Source: Scyliorhinus canicula (taxonomy: Eukaryota). From it: DNA of 64,000 nt. Shown one piece after another: positions 11,901-24,300 of the stretch. The translations under genes and the position numbers were made by a program. Location: assembly GCF_902713615.1 (NCBI RefSeq), contig NC_052149.1:152869383-152933382 (forward strand). Direction: 5' to 3'. Numbering within the stretch: the first letter of the stretch is position 1; every line of letters begins with the position of its first letter. The notes under the pieces were generated by a model. That model was not told the origin of the DNA, did not search any database, and saw only the letters and a program-made list of their open reading frames with translations.

Positions 11901-14900
11901 TTTATGAATTTGTTCGGTTGAGTTGCTTTCCTCTTCTGTTGTCGAAGTGGTGATGTTGATGTCGTCATTTCTTTGTGAGCGTCATCAGTGTTCTTGCGTT
12001 TGAGTGACCAACAAGTCATCATGAGGTGTTCGAATGGTCGAATCGCTTTGTTGTCTGATTTAGACTTTTTTTTTCTCTATGCTTGTGGTAGCGATTCTGT
12101 GTTGCACCGTTGTCTGACCTGGACTTTTTCCTGTGCTTGTGGGATTGATCTTGTGTGTCGTCTGCCTTGAAAGCTGGTGTGCTTGCTTGTTCTGGAGCAG
12201 ATGCGAATTCATGAGATTTTTTGTCATGCCATGGCATGTTTGTAGTCTTGTCATTGTTTTGCAGTGTGCTGTGGCATTGTCCTTCATGTGCAGAGTTGTA
12301 CCATGTTGTACAGGTCGTTGTTTCATTGTTGTTGTTTTTGTTGTTTCTGTCTTTGTTGTTTTTGATGTCGTTCTTGTTGTTGTTCTTGTTGTTGTTTTTG
12401 TCGTGCCTGTTATTTCTCTTTTTGTTGTTTTCGTCGCTGTTCTTTTCGTTTTTCTTGTCATGCTTGTTGTTTCTGTTATGCTTGTTGTTTTCTTTGTTGT
12501 TCTTGTTGCGAGTATGCTGTTTTTGTTGTTGCTGTTGTTGTTCTTGTTTCTGCTATGCGTCTTGCGGTGTTTGTTCTTGGTGCGCTCAATTAGTGTTCCG
12601 TGTGGATGATTTGAGTCATTGTCACAGTTATTGGTGTCAGTGTCCGTTGTGATATCTGTTACATTGAGCATTTCTTCTTGAGAATTGTGAGAATGATCTG
12701 ATGTTGCATTGATGTTGGTGACGTCAGTCATTTGTGGTGGATTTGATTCCTCTCCTTTGCTTCCTTGGTGCTCCTCTTTTGGACTCATTTCAGGTTCACT
12801 TGAATCATCATTGATTTCTTTGTGCTCCTCTCCTGGAGTTATTCCTGGTTCATTTGAATAGCCAGTGGTTTCTTGGTGCTCCTCTTCTGGAGTCAAAATC
12901 TTCAAGATTTCTATTGACGTGATCTCTCTGGACTCATGAGTAGCCCGACTCTGATTGTTGAGTGCTTCTGTGCAGACAAGCTGAGATATGTCAGTCTTGC
13001 TGTGATCCTGCACATCCTGTATGTCAATTGTGATCACATTGTCACTATTTCACATACAGTGGGTAGACAGTCAGTGTCTTCTTGTTGGTTAAATGAGCTG
13101 GGTAAACTTTCATAGTCTTTTTGTTGTTCACGTGAGCTTGGTAGACTTTCATAGTCTGCTGCTGGTTGCTCAAATAAGGTGGATAGACCTTCATAGTCTT
13201 GTTCATGCATGGCGTTCGCTATGGAGTGTTTGCTTGCTTCCATTTTGGAGTCTCAACGAGCTGTCTGTGGAGGCTTCTGTCGCTCTCTCTGTGGAGTCTT
13301 TCATCGCTCTCTCTGTGAAGTCGTGAAGTGTTCTCGCTGTGGAGTCGATCTGTGCTCTCTCAACGGAGTCGTTCTGTGCTCTCTCTGGGGCATCGTCCTC
13401 TTCTTGGGTATTTGACAGGTTGCTGTTATCCGATGTATCAACGATCTGCCATGGCATCATGATAGTGGATTCATCTACCATGAGTAGAGAAGTGTTGAGC
13501 TGAGCAATCGTGTTGCTGATGCTGTGATCAGCATATCCGAATAACTCAGCCATGTCTGAGCAGTATTGTGTGTATTGTTCGATAGACAAATCATCTCTTT
13601 TTGTTTCGGAATTGTTATTGTGCTCTTCACTTTGAGTGGTGCAGACTGCTTGTTCCAGGGTGTTGTGAAAGTTATTTTCAACTGTTCGTGTAAGTTCAGG
13701 CATTGTTCTGTCTTTTGATGTAAGAAAATTGGGTTTTGCAGCTTTAAATGTCGTTTTTAAAATTTTCGTGCATTTCCTTTTTAAGTGGGCGTGGTCCGGG
13801 TCCTCTGACGTCATGCTGCTCGTGACATCATGCGCAGGGCTCGCTTGCGCATGCGCAATCCGAGTTTCCTTTACTGTGCGCTCTTTTCGCAACTGCGCAT
13901 GCGCAGAACTCTATTTTGCCAGTTTGCGTCTTTTAGGGTAGTGCGCATGTGTGTACTGGCCTGAACACTCTCGCTCAAGGTGGCTGCCAATCAAAAAGTG
14001 CTGTTGCATCGAGTGAGATTCTGCCTCGTGGTGAGTATTCGCGCCATTTTTACGGATTTTACTTTCTAGATAATGATTCTGGCTTTGTAAAGACTCAAAG
14101 TATTGATTTTGTTTTTGTTCATCACTTTTTTTGTGAAAGTTCTTCCCTCAAATACTTTTCAGATAGTCCATAAATTAATTGATCCAATATCATAGCATCT
14201 CTAAAATTAGCACAATTACAGCCTTGTACTAGTACCTGGAGGTCTATAATAAAATCAGTGATGGGCTCACCATTTCTCTGGCATCTATGCCAAAAGATAA
14301 ATCTTTCCAGCATCTCACCAGACTGACTTTTACAGTGTTCTTCAAATTTTGTGATAATCACTTTAAATTTAGTTTTGTCTTCACCTTCCAAGAAATTAAA
14401 GGAGTTAGAGGTCTCTATAGCTTCCTGTCCTACTCTTCCGAGTAGTATTCCTATATTCCTTTCTTCAGAGACTGTGTTTAAATTATTAGCTGCCATATAT
14501 ACTTGGAACTTTTGTATCAATATTTTCCAGTTATTACTTAAGTTACCGTCAGTTTTCAGCTGCATTGATACTTGAACGTGATCCATCGAATCGTTTAGTT
14601 GTCGAGGATCCATCTGTGCGAAGTCCTTCAACAGTCGAATATCCGGTCTGAATTTTCCTCAATTTTTTTGTCTAACCTAATCTAGTTAGTTCTGTTAAAG
14701 CCATACGCCTGGTACCATGTTTTGTTACCTGTGTGGTAGGTAACGTGCTACTCAATCCTTGGTAAATGATGAGGTCCTCTGCATCTTGATGAAGAAAACT
14801 CGAACTCGTCCAGTAGTAATAAAAGGTTTATTGAGTAACTATAACAATAATTGCATGAGTACGTTACTTTAACTTTGATACTAGTTATAAGGTTTACAAG

Positions 14901-17900
14901 ATCTAACTGCAGTAACTATACGTAACTCCACTAGCCACCTGAACTAATCTGATACTGCCCTGGTCACAGTACACCCAGGAGAGAGAGGGAGAGACACAAT
15001 GTGGTTGCTTTTTATACCCCTGTTGGTCCGGCCCTCTAGTAATCCTGTGGTGCTACTGATTACACATTAACCCCTTATGTACATGCACATATAGAGATCA
15101 CTACAATTAGTAAAGAAGCAGAGATAAATACACAGTGGGGCAATTATGGATACAAATTGTTAATTGACTATATTTCAGTTTGAAATCTTTTAATAAGGAA
15201 TCATTTTTATTAACAACAAAGTTAGTTAAAAAACAAAGGCTTCTTTAATGAGTTACTCAATTGCCTTGAAAGTTGTAAGTTTGGTCATTATTCAGGGTAG
15301 TCACAAAGGTATGGGGAAAAATATAAAAATGATAGTCTTCTATGATTTGCAAAATGGAATAATGTTCCAATGACATTGATTTCCAGCAGATTTAATTGAA
15401 TAAGTTAGGAAACGTTTGGAGGATTATTTGCTGTGTTAGTGATTGGTCAGTCGAGTGTTGACAAGAGGTAGGTAATCTGCACCAAACACTGGATTGATGG
15501 ACTGACAGCGACATAGCATCATTTTGAACCGCGAGGCGTGCAGTGTAGAACTCCAAAAGAATATAGACAAGTTTGTGGAATGTGTGGGTCAGGCAGTACA
15601 TGACGCTCATGCAGGGAAAACCTTTCCACACAAGGGTTGGGCTCTGGAATGCACTGCCTGAGAGTGTGGTGAAGGCAGATTCAATTGATGCATTCAAAAA
15701 GAGAAACTGTGCAGGGTTTTGGGGAGCAGATCGGGCAATGGACTAAATGAATTGTTCATGCGGCAAGCCAGTGCAGTCACAATGGGCTGAGTGACCTTCT
15801 GCTTTGTCACAATCCTGGGATTCTGTGAAGTAAGAAAGATTTTCATGTTATATCCATGTATTGGAGGCTTTACTCATTTACCTTCTGGAAGACAGGAGTA
15901 GGATCAAGAGGGAAGTTTTATATTTCTCTTCTTGTTCACATTCCTAACTGGTTTATGGAAATAAGGAAGTGTTAATTGTACGTTAACGGAAGGGAATGAA
16001 CAGAAAAGCCCGTCCTCCCTCCATTCTACCATGCATTCTTAGCTTATTATTTCCCAATGAGTTGTCTATTTATCAGACACAGCATAGGGTGTGGTAATCA
16101 ATTCATGTCACCTTACACTGTCTGTCAATTAATCATTGGCCCCGAATTCCATCGTCCCAGGTTGGCCATACAGAGACAGGAGAATTCCGGACTTTGCGAA
16201 CCCAACCTGCAAAATGGCCGCCTGAAATGTCTGATTTTCAGGCAATGAGTTGCAGGCTGGAATTGAAGTTGGGGATGGGCCACCCAGAAACTGGTGAGGC
16301 ATCAGAGGCAGAACGGGCACGGGTTTGGAGACTCGGACACATTAAAAAAGCCCCTTCAGAGTTGTCAGTTCAAATGTTACTACGAGAATGCAGCACATCT
16401 ATGACCAGCATGGTGGCACAGTGGTTAGCACTGCTACCTCACGGCGCTGAGGACTCGGGGTTGATCCCGGCCCCGGGTCACTGTCAGTTTGGAGTTTGCA
16501 CATTCTCCCTGTGTCTGCGTGGGTTTCACCCCCACAACCCAAACATGTGCAGGGTAGGGAAATTGACCATGCTAAATTGCCCCTTAATTGGAAAAAAAAA
16601 TTGGGTACTCTAAATTTATTTTTAAAAATTGAATGCAACACATCTGGTAGTCTTGGAAATGTTATTGCGTTGTCAGGTGAGTGTCAAAGCTGCAAATGTT
16701 GTCCAACTGTTAGATTACCTTAGAACTGGTGGCCCATCATGGGCTTGCCCTGTGGGACAATTGTTAATAATGCTTCCTAATCAAAAGTGTGCTGAGGACT
16801 TTCTCAAGACACAGTCGTAGAGATGGCATTTGTTTGCCACCATGACGCGATACAGATAAAGTGCAGTTATTTAATAAGCTGGTTCGACTTGGTGGATGAA
16901 TGGACAGCATTATCATGTCCATTATCCTGTCCACTTGTCCTATTGTGTTAGGAAAACAATGGTAGTTTTAAAGGATTTATATTTGTATTGGTAAACATTA
17001 GAAATAAGGTTTAGTTTTAAGTGGATTTAATTTAGTGTTTATGTGTCAGGGAAGGTAAACCTATAGATAGATTCCTGCTGGACAATGGTGTTTGTATGTG
17101 TGGGGGTGTTGGTTTTGATTCAAACTGTGCTTCTGTTGTGCTTAGAGAGGTTACGGCGTGAAAAGTAATGAAAAGTTTGGAGAAGTGTAAGGTCATTACT
17201 TAATAACCGGGGGCCCTTTTAAGATAGAAAGGATTTTTCAGCTTAGTTTTAGCTGAATATATTGCAGTTGGAAATGGGCAGTGAGCGAGAAGGCAGCTCC
17301 CACCGTGCTGCTGGACGCAGTTTTTAGAAGGTTAAAGAGGGAAGATTTCTCTCAGCTGTGATTGAAGAAAGCCATACCATGGAGTAGTGGTTAAGAAAAC
17401 AAGCGCAGAGAGCTAACGTCCAGCTAGTTCAGGAAACTAAAGAAATGAAGAGATCTTTCCGAGAAGCCCGAGGTTAAAGGTTGTGGAAGGGAGAACTGTT
17501 CAGCAAAGACAGACAGCTGAGAAGAAGGGTGAAATGGCAGACGGATATCCGAAGTAATTTTCGGTCTTGTGAGACATTACTACAGTTTGTGAGACATAGG
17601 CCCCTAACTTCCGCCGAGTGGCAATCTCTGGTGGAGGGGGGTGGGTCCGAGAGGGAGGGAGGGAGGGAATGGGAGGAGTCGGACTGGGTTGCACCGGGAG
17701 GGTGGAGTCAGGCCCGGTTGGATGTGGGGGTGGTGTGGTGGGTCCCCTGGGGTTCTCGCATTTGTTGGGGCTGTCCCATGTGAAGCGGTTTAAATAGTTA
17801 CTCTGGAGCTAGAAGGGTAAAACTGGCAGAACCATTTGAAGTTAGCAATTTAAATTGCTTCCGTTGGGTGGTTCCTAACCCAGGGCAATTCTCCAGAGCA

Positions 17901-18272
17901 AGTTAGCCCTTCTGGCCAATTGCCAGGTAAACCCTTACTTGGGAATTTCCGAGAGGACTTCCCAGCATCATTGGGATGCTCTCTAAATGCAATGCTGGGG
18001 ATTCAGGTAGTTATGGGCCATTATTTGAAATAATCATGAAAATCGGTTGCTGCATCCTCAAGCATTTGGGACAAAGAAATCCTGAAGAGAGAGGTGTACA
18101 ACCTGAAAGTGAAAATTTGACGGAATCAGCCAAGAGAAAGCATTGCTTAAACCAAGATTTGAAAGTGGATCATTTTGGAAACGGAATTTCAAAACATTCA
18201 TGTAGAAGTCGGAGGTCAGTGAGACAAGTTGGCCCATGGTATAAGAATCATCGGGGGGGGGGGGGGGGGGGT

Positions 18273-18303
<31 letters not shown>

Positions 18304-21300
18304 TGAGGAGAAATCCACAGACATTCCCTTGGGTTCAGAGTGGAGGGTGTGTCTTACCAAGTCATCTTGAGAGCTTAAAGGGACTGTATGTTCCTGAGAC
18401 CATTATTGATTAAGATATACATTGTAACCCATGTTAACCTTAAAATCTGTGTATATTTGTGAAGCTAAGAGGGAGTGTTATAACCCTGCATGGGACTCAT
18501 CCAGCGGAGGATGATTGTTCCCTAGTGCTGACTGGGCTGTGAGTTAACCAGCATTAGTATAACAGGAAGGAGTGAGGACCCTGAGGTGTGTAACTGCGTC
18601 CTGTGTAAATACTGCTGTTATTCTGAATACATGTCTTTCTTATGAACTCCTTGGACTCCCCTTTACTGTTTACTTCATGGAGTAAAGAAGTATTGTGTAG
18701 TCAACCTTTTCATGTTTAATAAATGTTATACATGAGTTAGTTAAAGCTCTTGGGCCTAAGGGATCAAAGGATATGAGGGGAAAGAGGGAACAGGTTATTG
18801 AGTTGGATGATCAGCCATGATCATGAATGGCAGAACAGGGTTGAAGGGCTGAAGGGCCTTCTCGCGCTCCTGTTTTCTATGTATCAATGTTTTTTTTTCC
18901 TGTTGTCAGAAACTAATTAGCAGTCCTGTGACACTATTTCTCTGTTTTCTAAAAGAAAATAAAAGCTACAGAGCGGGATTCTCCGTTTCTGAGACTAAGT
19001 GTTGACGCCAACGCAGAATTCGGGGACTTCACGACAGAAAAACTGGCACTGCCCCAGGACTGATTCCACTACTGCTAAAGGGCTAGCACCGGCGCCACGT
19101 GGACCACAGTCGATTCTAATGAGAAACGGTGCCGATTTTGTCATTTTCACAATTCACACTCAAAGGCTGACAAGCTGCAGCCGCACATATACACTGCACT
19201 CACCACGCACTCCATCCCAGCCAACAAGATGACAGCGAGGAGAGCAGCAACACGTTCCACGGACGCAGAGACCGAGACTCTCATGGGCGCATTGGAGGAG
19301 GGGCGGATGACCGTGTACCCTGGCCCGGGAAGGAGGCTGCCAGCTGCCGTCGTAGGCTTTGCCTGGGCGCAGGTGGCAGAGGCCGTAAGCACCGTGGGCG
19401 ACACCGTTCGGATGGGCCAGCAGTGCCGGAACAAAATGCACAACCTCCTCAGAGGCGCCAGGGTGAGTAGGAAGCACTGTGCCCCTGGCAATAACCTGCG
19501 TCCCGCACTCCCTGTGGCCCCTCACTGTGGCCGAGCAGAGGACCCTGGATGTGGTCAATGGCCCGGAAGGACGGGAGATCGCCGAGGTGGAGCTCGGCCA
19601 CGGGCGAGGAAGTGAGACCCCGCTTAGTTGCGGTTCCCTGTGACACTTGTGCTAAACCCCCACACTACCCTCACCCCCATAACGCCCTCACCCCACACCA
19701 CCCACACAGCCAACACTACCACCTCCAACCCCCCTCCCCACCATCCCCTGGCTTGCGGTCGAATCATGAGTCTTCTCTTGTGTCTTGTAGGACCTGCTGG
19801 TGATGGGTCGGGTCCATCTGGCGTACCCCACCCCCCAGCCAGTGCCACAGCCGGAGCCCCCACGTGAGCTGAGCAGCAACGCTGAGAGCAGCCCGGACAC
19901 CAGCCCTCCGCCCGAGACTCAGGAGACCCTGGAGCTCGAGATGGAGGATGACGATGATTTTCCACCACAGCTGTCTCCAACACCCTCCACCATCCCAGGG
20001 ACACTCACCTCGGTTGGGCATGTTAGTGAAGAGGCTCCTGGTTGGCACCACAGTTGATCCGGTACAGCAGGTGGAGGTAGGAACCCAAGGGAGTGGACGG
20101 TCGGAGGGCAGGCTGATCCCAGGGACAAGCTGCCGTCCAGACGGGTCTCGAGCTTCGGGAACAACAGTCCCATCCATAGTGGAGAAGCAGTCACAGAGCC
20201 AGGGACTGCATGACGGGTTGCCAGCGGGCATCCAGCACCTGCCGGAGCAGTTGGAGTAGTCCAACCCCGTGCAGGAGCAGGAGGTGATGCCATCAATGTG
20301 TGCCACCCAGGCCAACACCGCACGGGTGGCGTCCACAGTGGAGGCATTGGGGCAACGGTTTTGGCTATGGATCAGCATGTCCAAGGCCTGGGGCATTCTT
20401 TGTAGATGCTGGCCGAGGCTCAGGACAGGGTTGCTGCATCAAACGTGACCATGTCCCAGAGCCATCTGGAACTTGCAGAGGCGCTCCAGAGCGTTGTCCA
20501 GTCACAGCAGGCCATGGCTGGGAACGTCGGCGGCAGTGTCGAGCCGCTCGCCGACGTGGCACAGACACATGAGGGAGGTGGCCCAGTCCCAGAGAGCGAT
20601 GGCGCAGTCACTGGCTGATGTGACATAAACCCAGAAAGTGGTGGCACAGTCGCAGCATGATGTGGCACAATCCCATACGGTGATGGTCCGCTCACTGTGT
20701 TCCATGGCCGTGAGCGTGCGGACCTTGGTTGAGATCAGAGCGAGCCTCCAGGACTGGCGGGGGAGCCTCAGGGGATAGTACCTCTGGCACCCCCATCCTA
20801 TGGAGTAGCACGGGGGCCAACGGGTACCCCAAGGGAGGAGGAGGTGTTGGGGCCCTTGCCGGTGACTCCTGCATGGGGAGGTGCCGGAACACTGCAACAC
20901 CTCGCCCACCCCCCCCACCCCCCCCACCCCCTACCCCCCCGACCTTCCCCTGCCCCTCCTCTCCCTGCCGCATCTGGTGAGCAGCAGCGGGCAGAATGGA
21001 GTGGAACCACACTCCCTGAACAGCAACCGGGTCCGGTCGCCCCAGAAAATACCCGGCAATGGTGACCACGTCGCAGGGCAGGAGTCACAGCAGGCCGCCT
21101 CCACTCCTGCTGTACCATCTGGGGAACCATCTACACATAGCGTTAGGGCCCGCTAGACACCAGTTAAGTTGGCATGGGTGCAGGGCACAGTTTAGTTATA
21201 GGGGCTAGGGCACAAATCTGTACATATCCGTTCACGTTAAACACCTGTTGCCACTGTTACAACCTGCCTCGGTGCTCTGCCTGATGGGTGTGAGGAGTGG

Positions 21301-24300
21301 GCCGTTCTGGGCTGGCTGGTGGTGAGGGTAATGGGCAGACGTTGGGGGGGAGGGGGGGGAATAGGTACACCCTGTGGGTGGCTCGGGCTCCCCACCCCAC
21401 CCCGCGGCCTTGCCCATCCCCACCACTGCCACCCCAGGGATCCGACGGGACCATGTGATGGACTGGCCAGCTCACATGCAAGGATCACCCAGGTCGATGG
21501 TGCTACCATGGGCAGGCTTCCGGCGGCGTGATACGATGCAGAGCACCAGAACGCATTGCAAAGCGGGTTGTCACCATCCTCCATCCCATGGACCAGGCCC
21601 GCTGTTACTGCCAACCCAGGTCCTGCACCCCATAGTGGGCATACCTTTAAGAAATGGGTGTTTATCAAATAGCTGCAGTGATGTCAGAGTTTGGGTGGAG
21701 CTGGGCTGTCTGTCTGTTTTTGCTTTCGTTTTTGAGCTGGCAGCTACCGTGTGTGTTTGGTTTTGTTTTCAGAGTTGGAGCTGCATCCAACCAAACAAGG
21801 TGTAATTTTGATCTCTGCATGCAAAGAATGTCTTCAGATCACTTGCTCAGTTAAAAGTGATAACTGCTCTCAGTATAGAATTTAAACCTGATGTCTTTGT
21901 TAAAGAGGGTATTTGTCTTATGAATGTTGCTAGGAAAGATTAAGGGTTACATTTGAGTACTGTATTCTTAGGGGGGCGTATTTGAGTTGATAGTTGCTAA
22001 GATGTTTACTGTGTGTTTATAAAATGTTAACTGGATTCATTTAATAAACATTGTTTTGTTTTTAAAAGTACTTTATATCTCTGTTGCATCTGATTGGGCC
22101 CTTGTGCTCCCCATAACCAAAATCTATTAAAAGTTGTGGGTCAGGTGAACTCCATGATACACTTTGGGGATCTCTAAACCATGGCCCGTAATACAGGTAT
22201 GCATCATAGAGGGAGTTGCAGGTGCGGGGTGGCTGGGGGAGGGTTAGTGAGGGAGTGTGGGATGTAGTGTCTGTGCCCCTGACCAGCCCCCCATCCACAC
22301 CCCCACCCCCAAGTCGGTGATCCAAGGAGGTGATCAGAGTATCCCATGCATGTTTGCCCTCTAGAGCGGTCCAGGCACCTGAACCGCATCATCAGGAGGC
22401 TGAAGCACCGCTCGATCACACTCCAGGTCGCTGCATGGGCATCATTGTAGCGGGTCTCCACGTCAGTCTGCGTGCCAGGATGAAGGCGTCATGCACGCTG
22501 TCTGGGTATCGGGCACTGGGAGCGTGTGTCTTCCCCCGTAGCCCGGTGGTCCCAGGTGCACCATGAACTGGCAGATATGTCGCACAGTCTGTCTGCTCAG
22601 CCGGAGTCTTCGATGGCATTCCCAGTCCAGCACATCCTCAAATGATAGGCGCTGCCAGTATACACGAGGCCTCATGCGGCACCTCGTTTGCAGCTCCTCC
22701 TCCTTGACTGTTGGGCAGTCTGCTCTCCAACCTGGGCGGCTGCCACCTGCCCCTCTGCTGCCCGCTCTGCTGCCGCTCGCTCCACTGCTGCAGCTTCCGC
22801 CTCCTCCTTGAGCTGTTCCATCTCGTACAGCCGCAGGGCATCTACCAGGGCTGCAGCGACTGCCATGAACGCCATCACTGCCAGTTGAATTCCAATATCG
22901 ATTGTCTGCAGGGGGTGAAAGGCCGACAAGTTAGCATAGTGCGTACTTTCACATGTCCCTCCCCTCGTACCTTGGCTCTGTCGGTGGCTGGCACCATGAG
23001 GGCCTCTGGCCCTGGCACCCATTACTGATGCCAGGGATACCATTAGCTGGCATTGCCCCCGCTAGAGGTATGCACCGCGGCCCCTGTAGGGACTACTGTG
23101 GGTGTTGTTCTGGGTGGGCCACCGGCGGTTGGCGGCAGGGGAGGGGGGGGGGGGGGGGGGGGTCTGGGGGGCGCCTATATGCCGGTATCACTCGACAGAA
23201 CCAGGGGCCAGGGTGGGTGGGCAGTGGAGTGTGCAGCAAGATGGCTGCCTTGCAGGCCGCGGGAAAGGCAGTCCATGCCTGGACACCGCCCCAGTGCCGT
23301 GATAGGTCACCCCGGCCACTCGGCCTGTTTCCCCCCTCCCTCGGGCCTGGCTGCCCCCCCCCCCCCCCCCCCCCCCCCCCACCCCGGCCAGCCTAGCCAG
23401 TGTCCAGCCCGGAAGTCCGCAGTCGCTCATCTCTGTGTCCTACCTCCTCTCTCGCTCCCTCCCTCAGTAGCCACGACATCGGTTTCATGACTTTTAAAAG
23501 CACAAGTGAATCACGCCACCAGGAACTCGGCTCTTCGGAGGAGGAGAATCACGGAGGCCCCAGAAAATACCAGGTCGGGCCCACTGATGATGTGCAAACG
23601 ATGTTTACTGTACGTGCATTCCGGAACGCATTCGGCCACTGCCCAGATGACGGAGAATCGCGATATGGCGTCAAATCGCTGCCCCTCACAATTTTGTCAT
23701 CGGTACCTATTCTCCACCCAACCGCCTTTCCTGATGTCAGCGTCGGACAACAGAGCATTCCTCCCACAGTCTTCCGAGCCAGGATTCCACTCTGGAATCT
23801 TCCTGTCCAGTTATAACATCAACTGGGATTATAACAATTGCCACTAGTCTCTTTGGATATGCCCACATTGTGGACCCTTGAGTCGGTCCCTCACATTTGC
23901 AGTGTAGTAGCATAACAATCTGATTAGGATGGAGTAAACCAGTAGGCCTTGGTTGTTGAGCACAGCCTGTCACCTTGAATTAATAGCCGCTATATACACG
24001 GTCCCAAGTGTATGTGCAAAGCCCGTCTCTCAACCACACCGTTAGGAATATTCATAGATAAGATGGTGTAACTGGTTCGTGCACATAAGCACACAAAAGG
24101 GAATTCAAGTAATTAATTAATATGGGATCATAGATCCAGTGCTGCAAAAGGTTCAGAGACCTGTGTTCAGGCAAGGTGAGTAGTTTGGCTCACAATAGAG
24201 AGATCCGAGGGAAGAGCTTAATAAGCAAGGTCTGGCACATTCAATGGTCAATGCTGAAGCAGAGGAATGTGTAAGCAGCTCACTTAGCTGCATTTAAAAT

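Larger units (their letters stand above)
18971..23685. mobile_element. PIF/Harbinger DNA transposon, two-gene type, internally deleted
   Basis: TIR-like gcgggattctccg at the left end and cggagaatcgcg near the right end; Myb/SANT-like gene on + and HARBI1-like transposase on -, convergent. Confidence 0.8.

Noticed and set aside
12133-12652. Hydrophobic Val/Leu/Phe-rich + strand ORFs resembling membrane proteins
   Set aside because: Antisense reading of the (caa/aca)n low-complexity repeat in the LTR element.
14122-14631. Domesticated gag gene (Arc/PNMA-like)
   Set aside because: Still flanked by both LTRs, PBS, PPT and TSD, with frameshifts and stops consistent with neutral decay.
15131-15158. 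Possible RSS (CACAGTG plus 12-nt spacer)
   Set aside because: Nonamer match is only 5/9 and it is not adjacent to any V, D or J-like segment; other CACAGTG hits are inside SINE heads or L1.
19449-23500. Many overlapping GC-rich ORFs as host genes
   Set aside because: Shadow ORFs of the GC-rich Harbinger element; only the Myb-like and transposase frames carry recognisable motifs.
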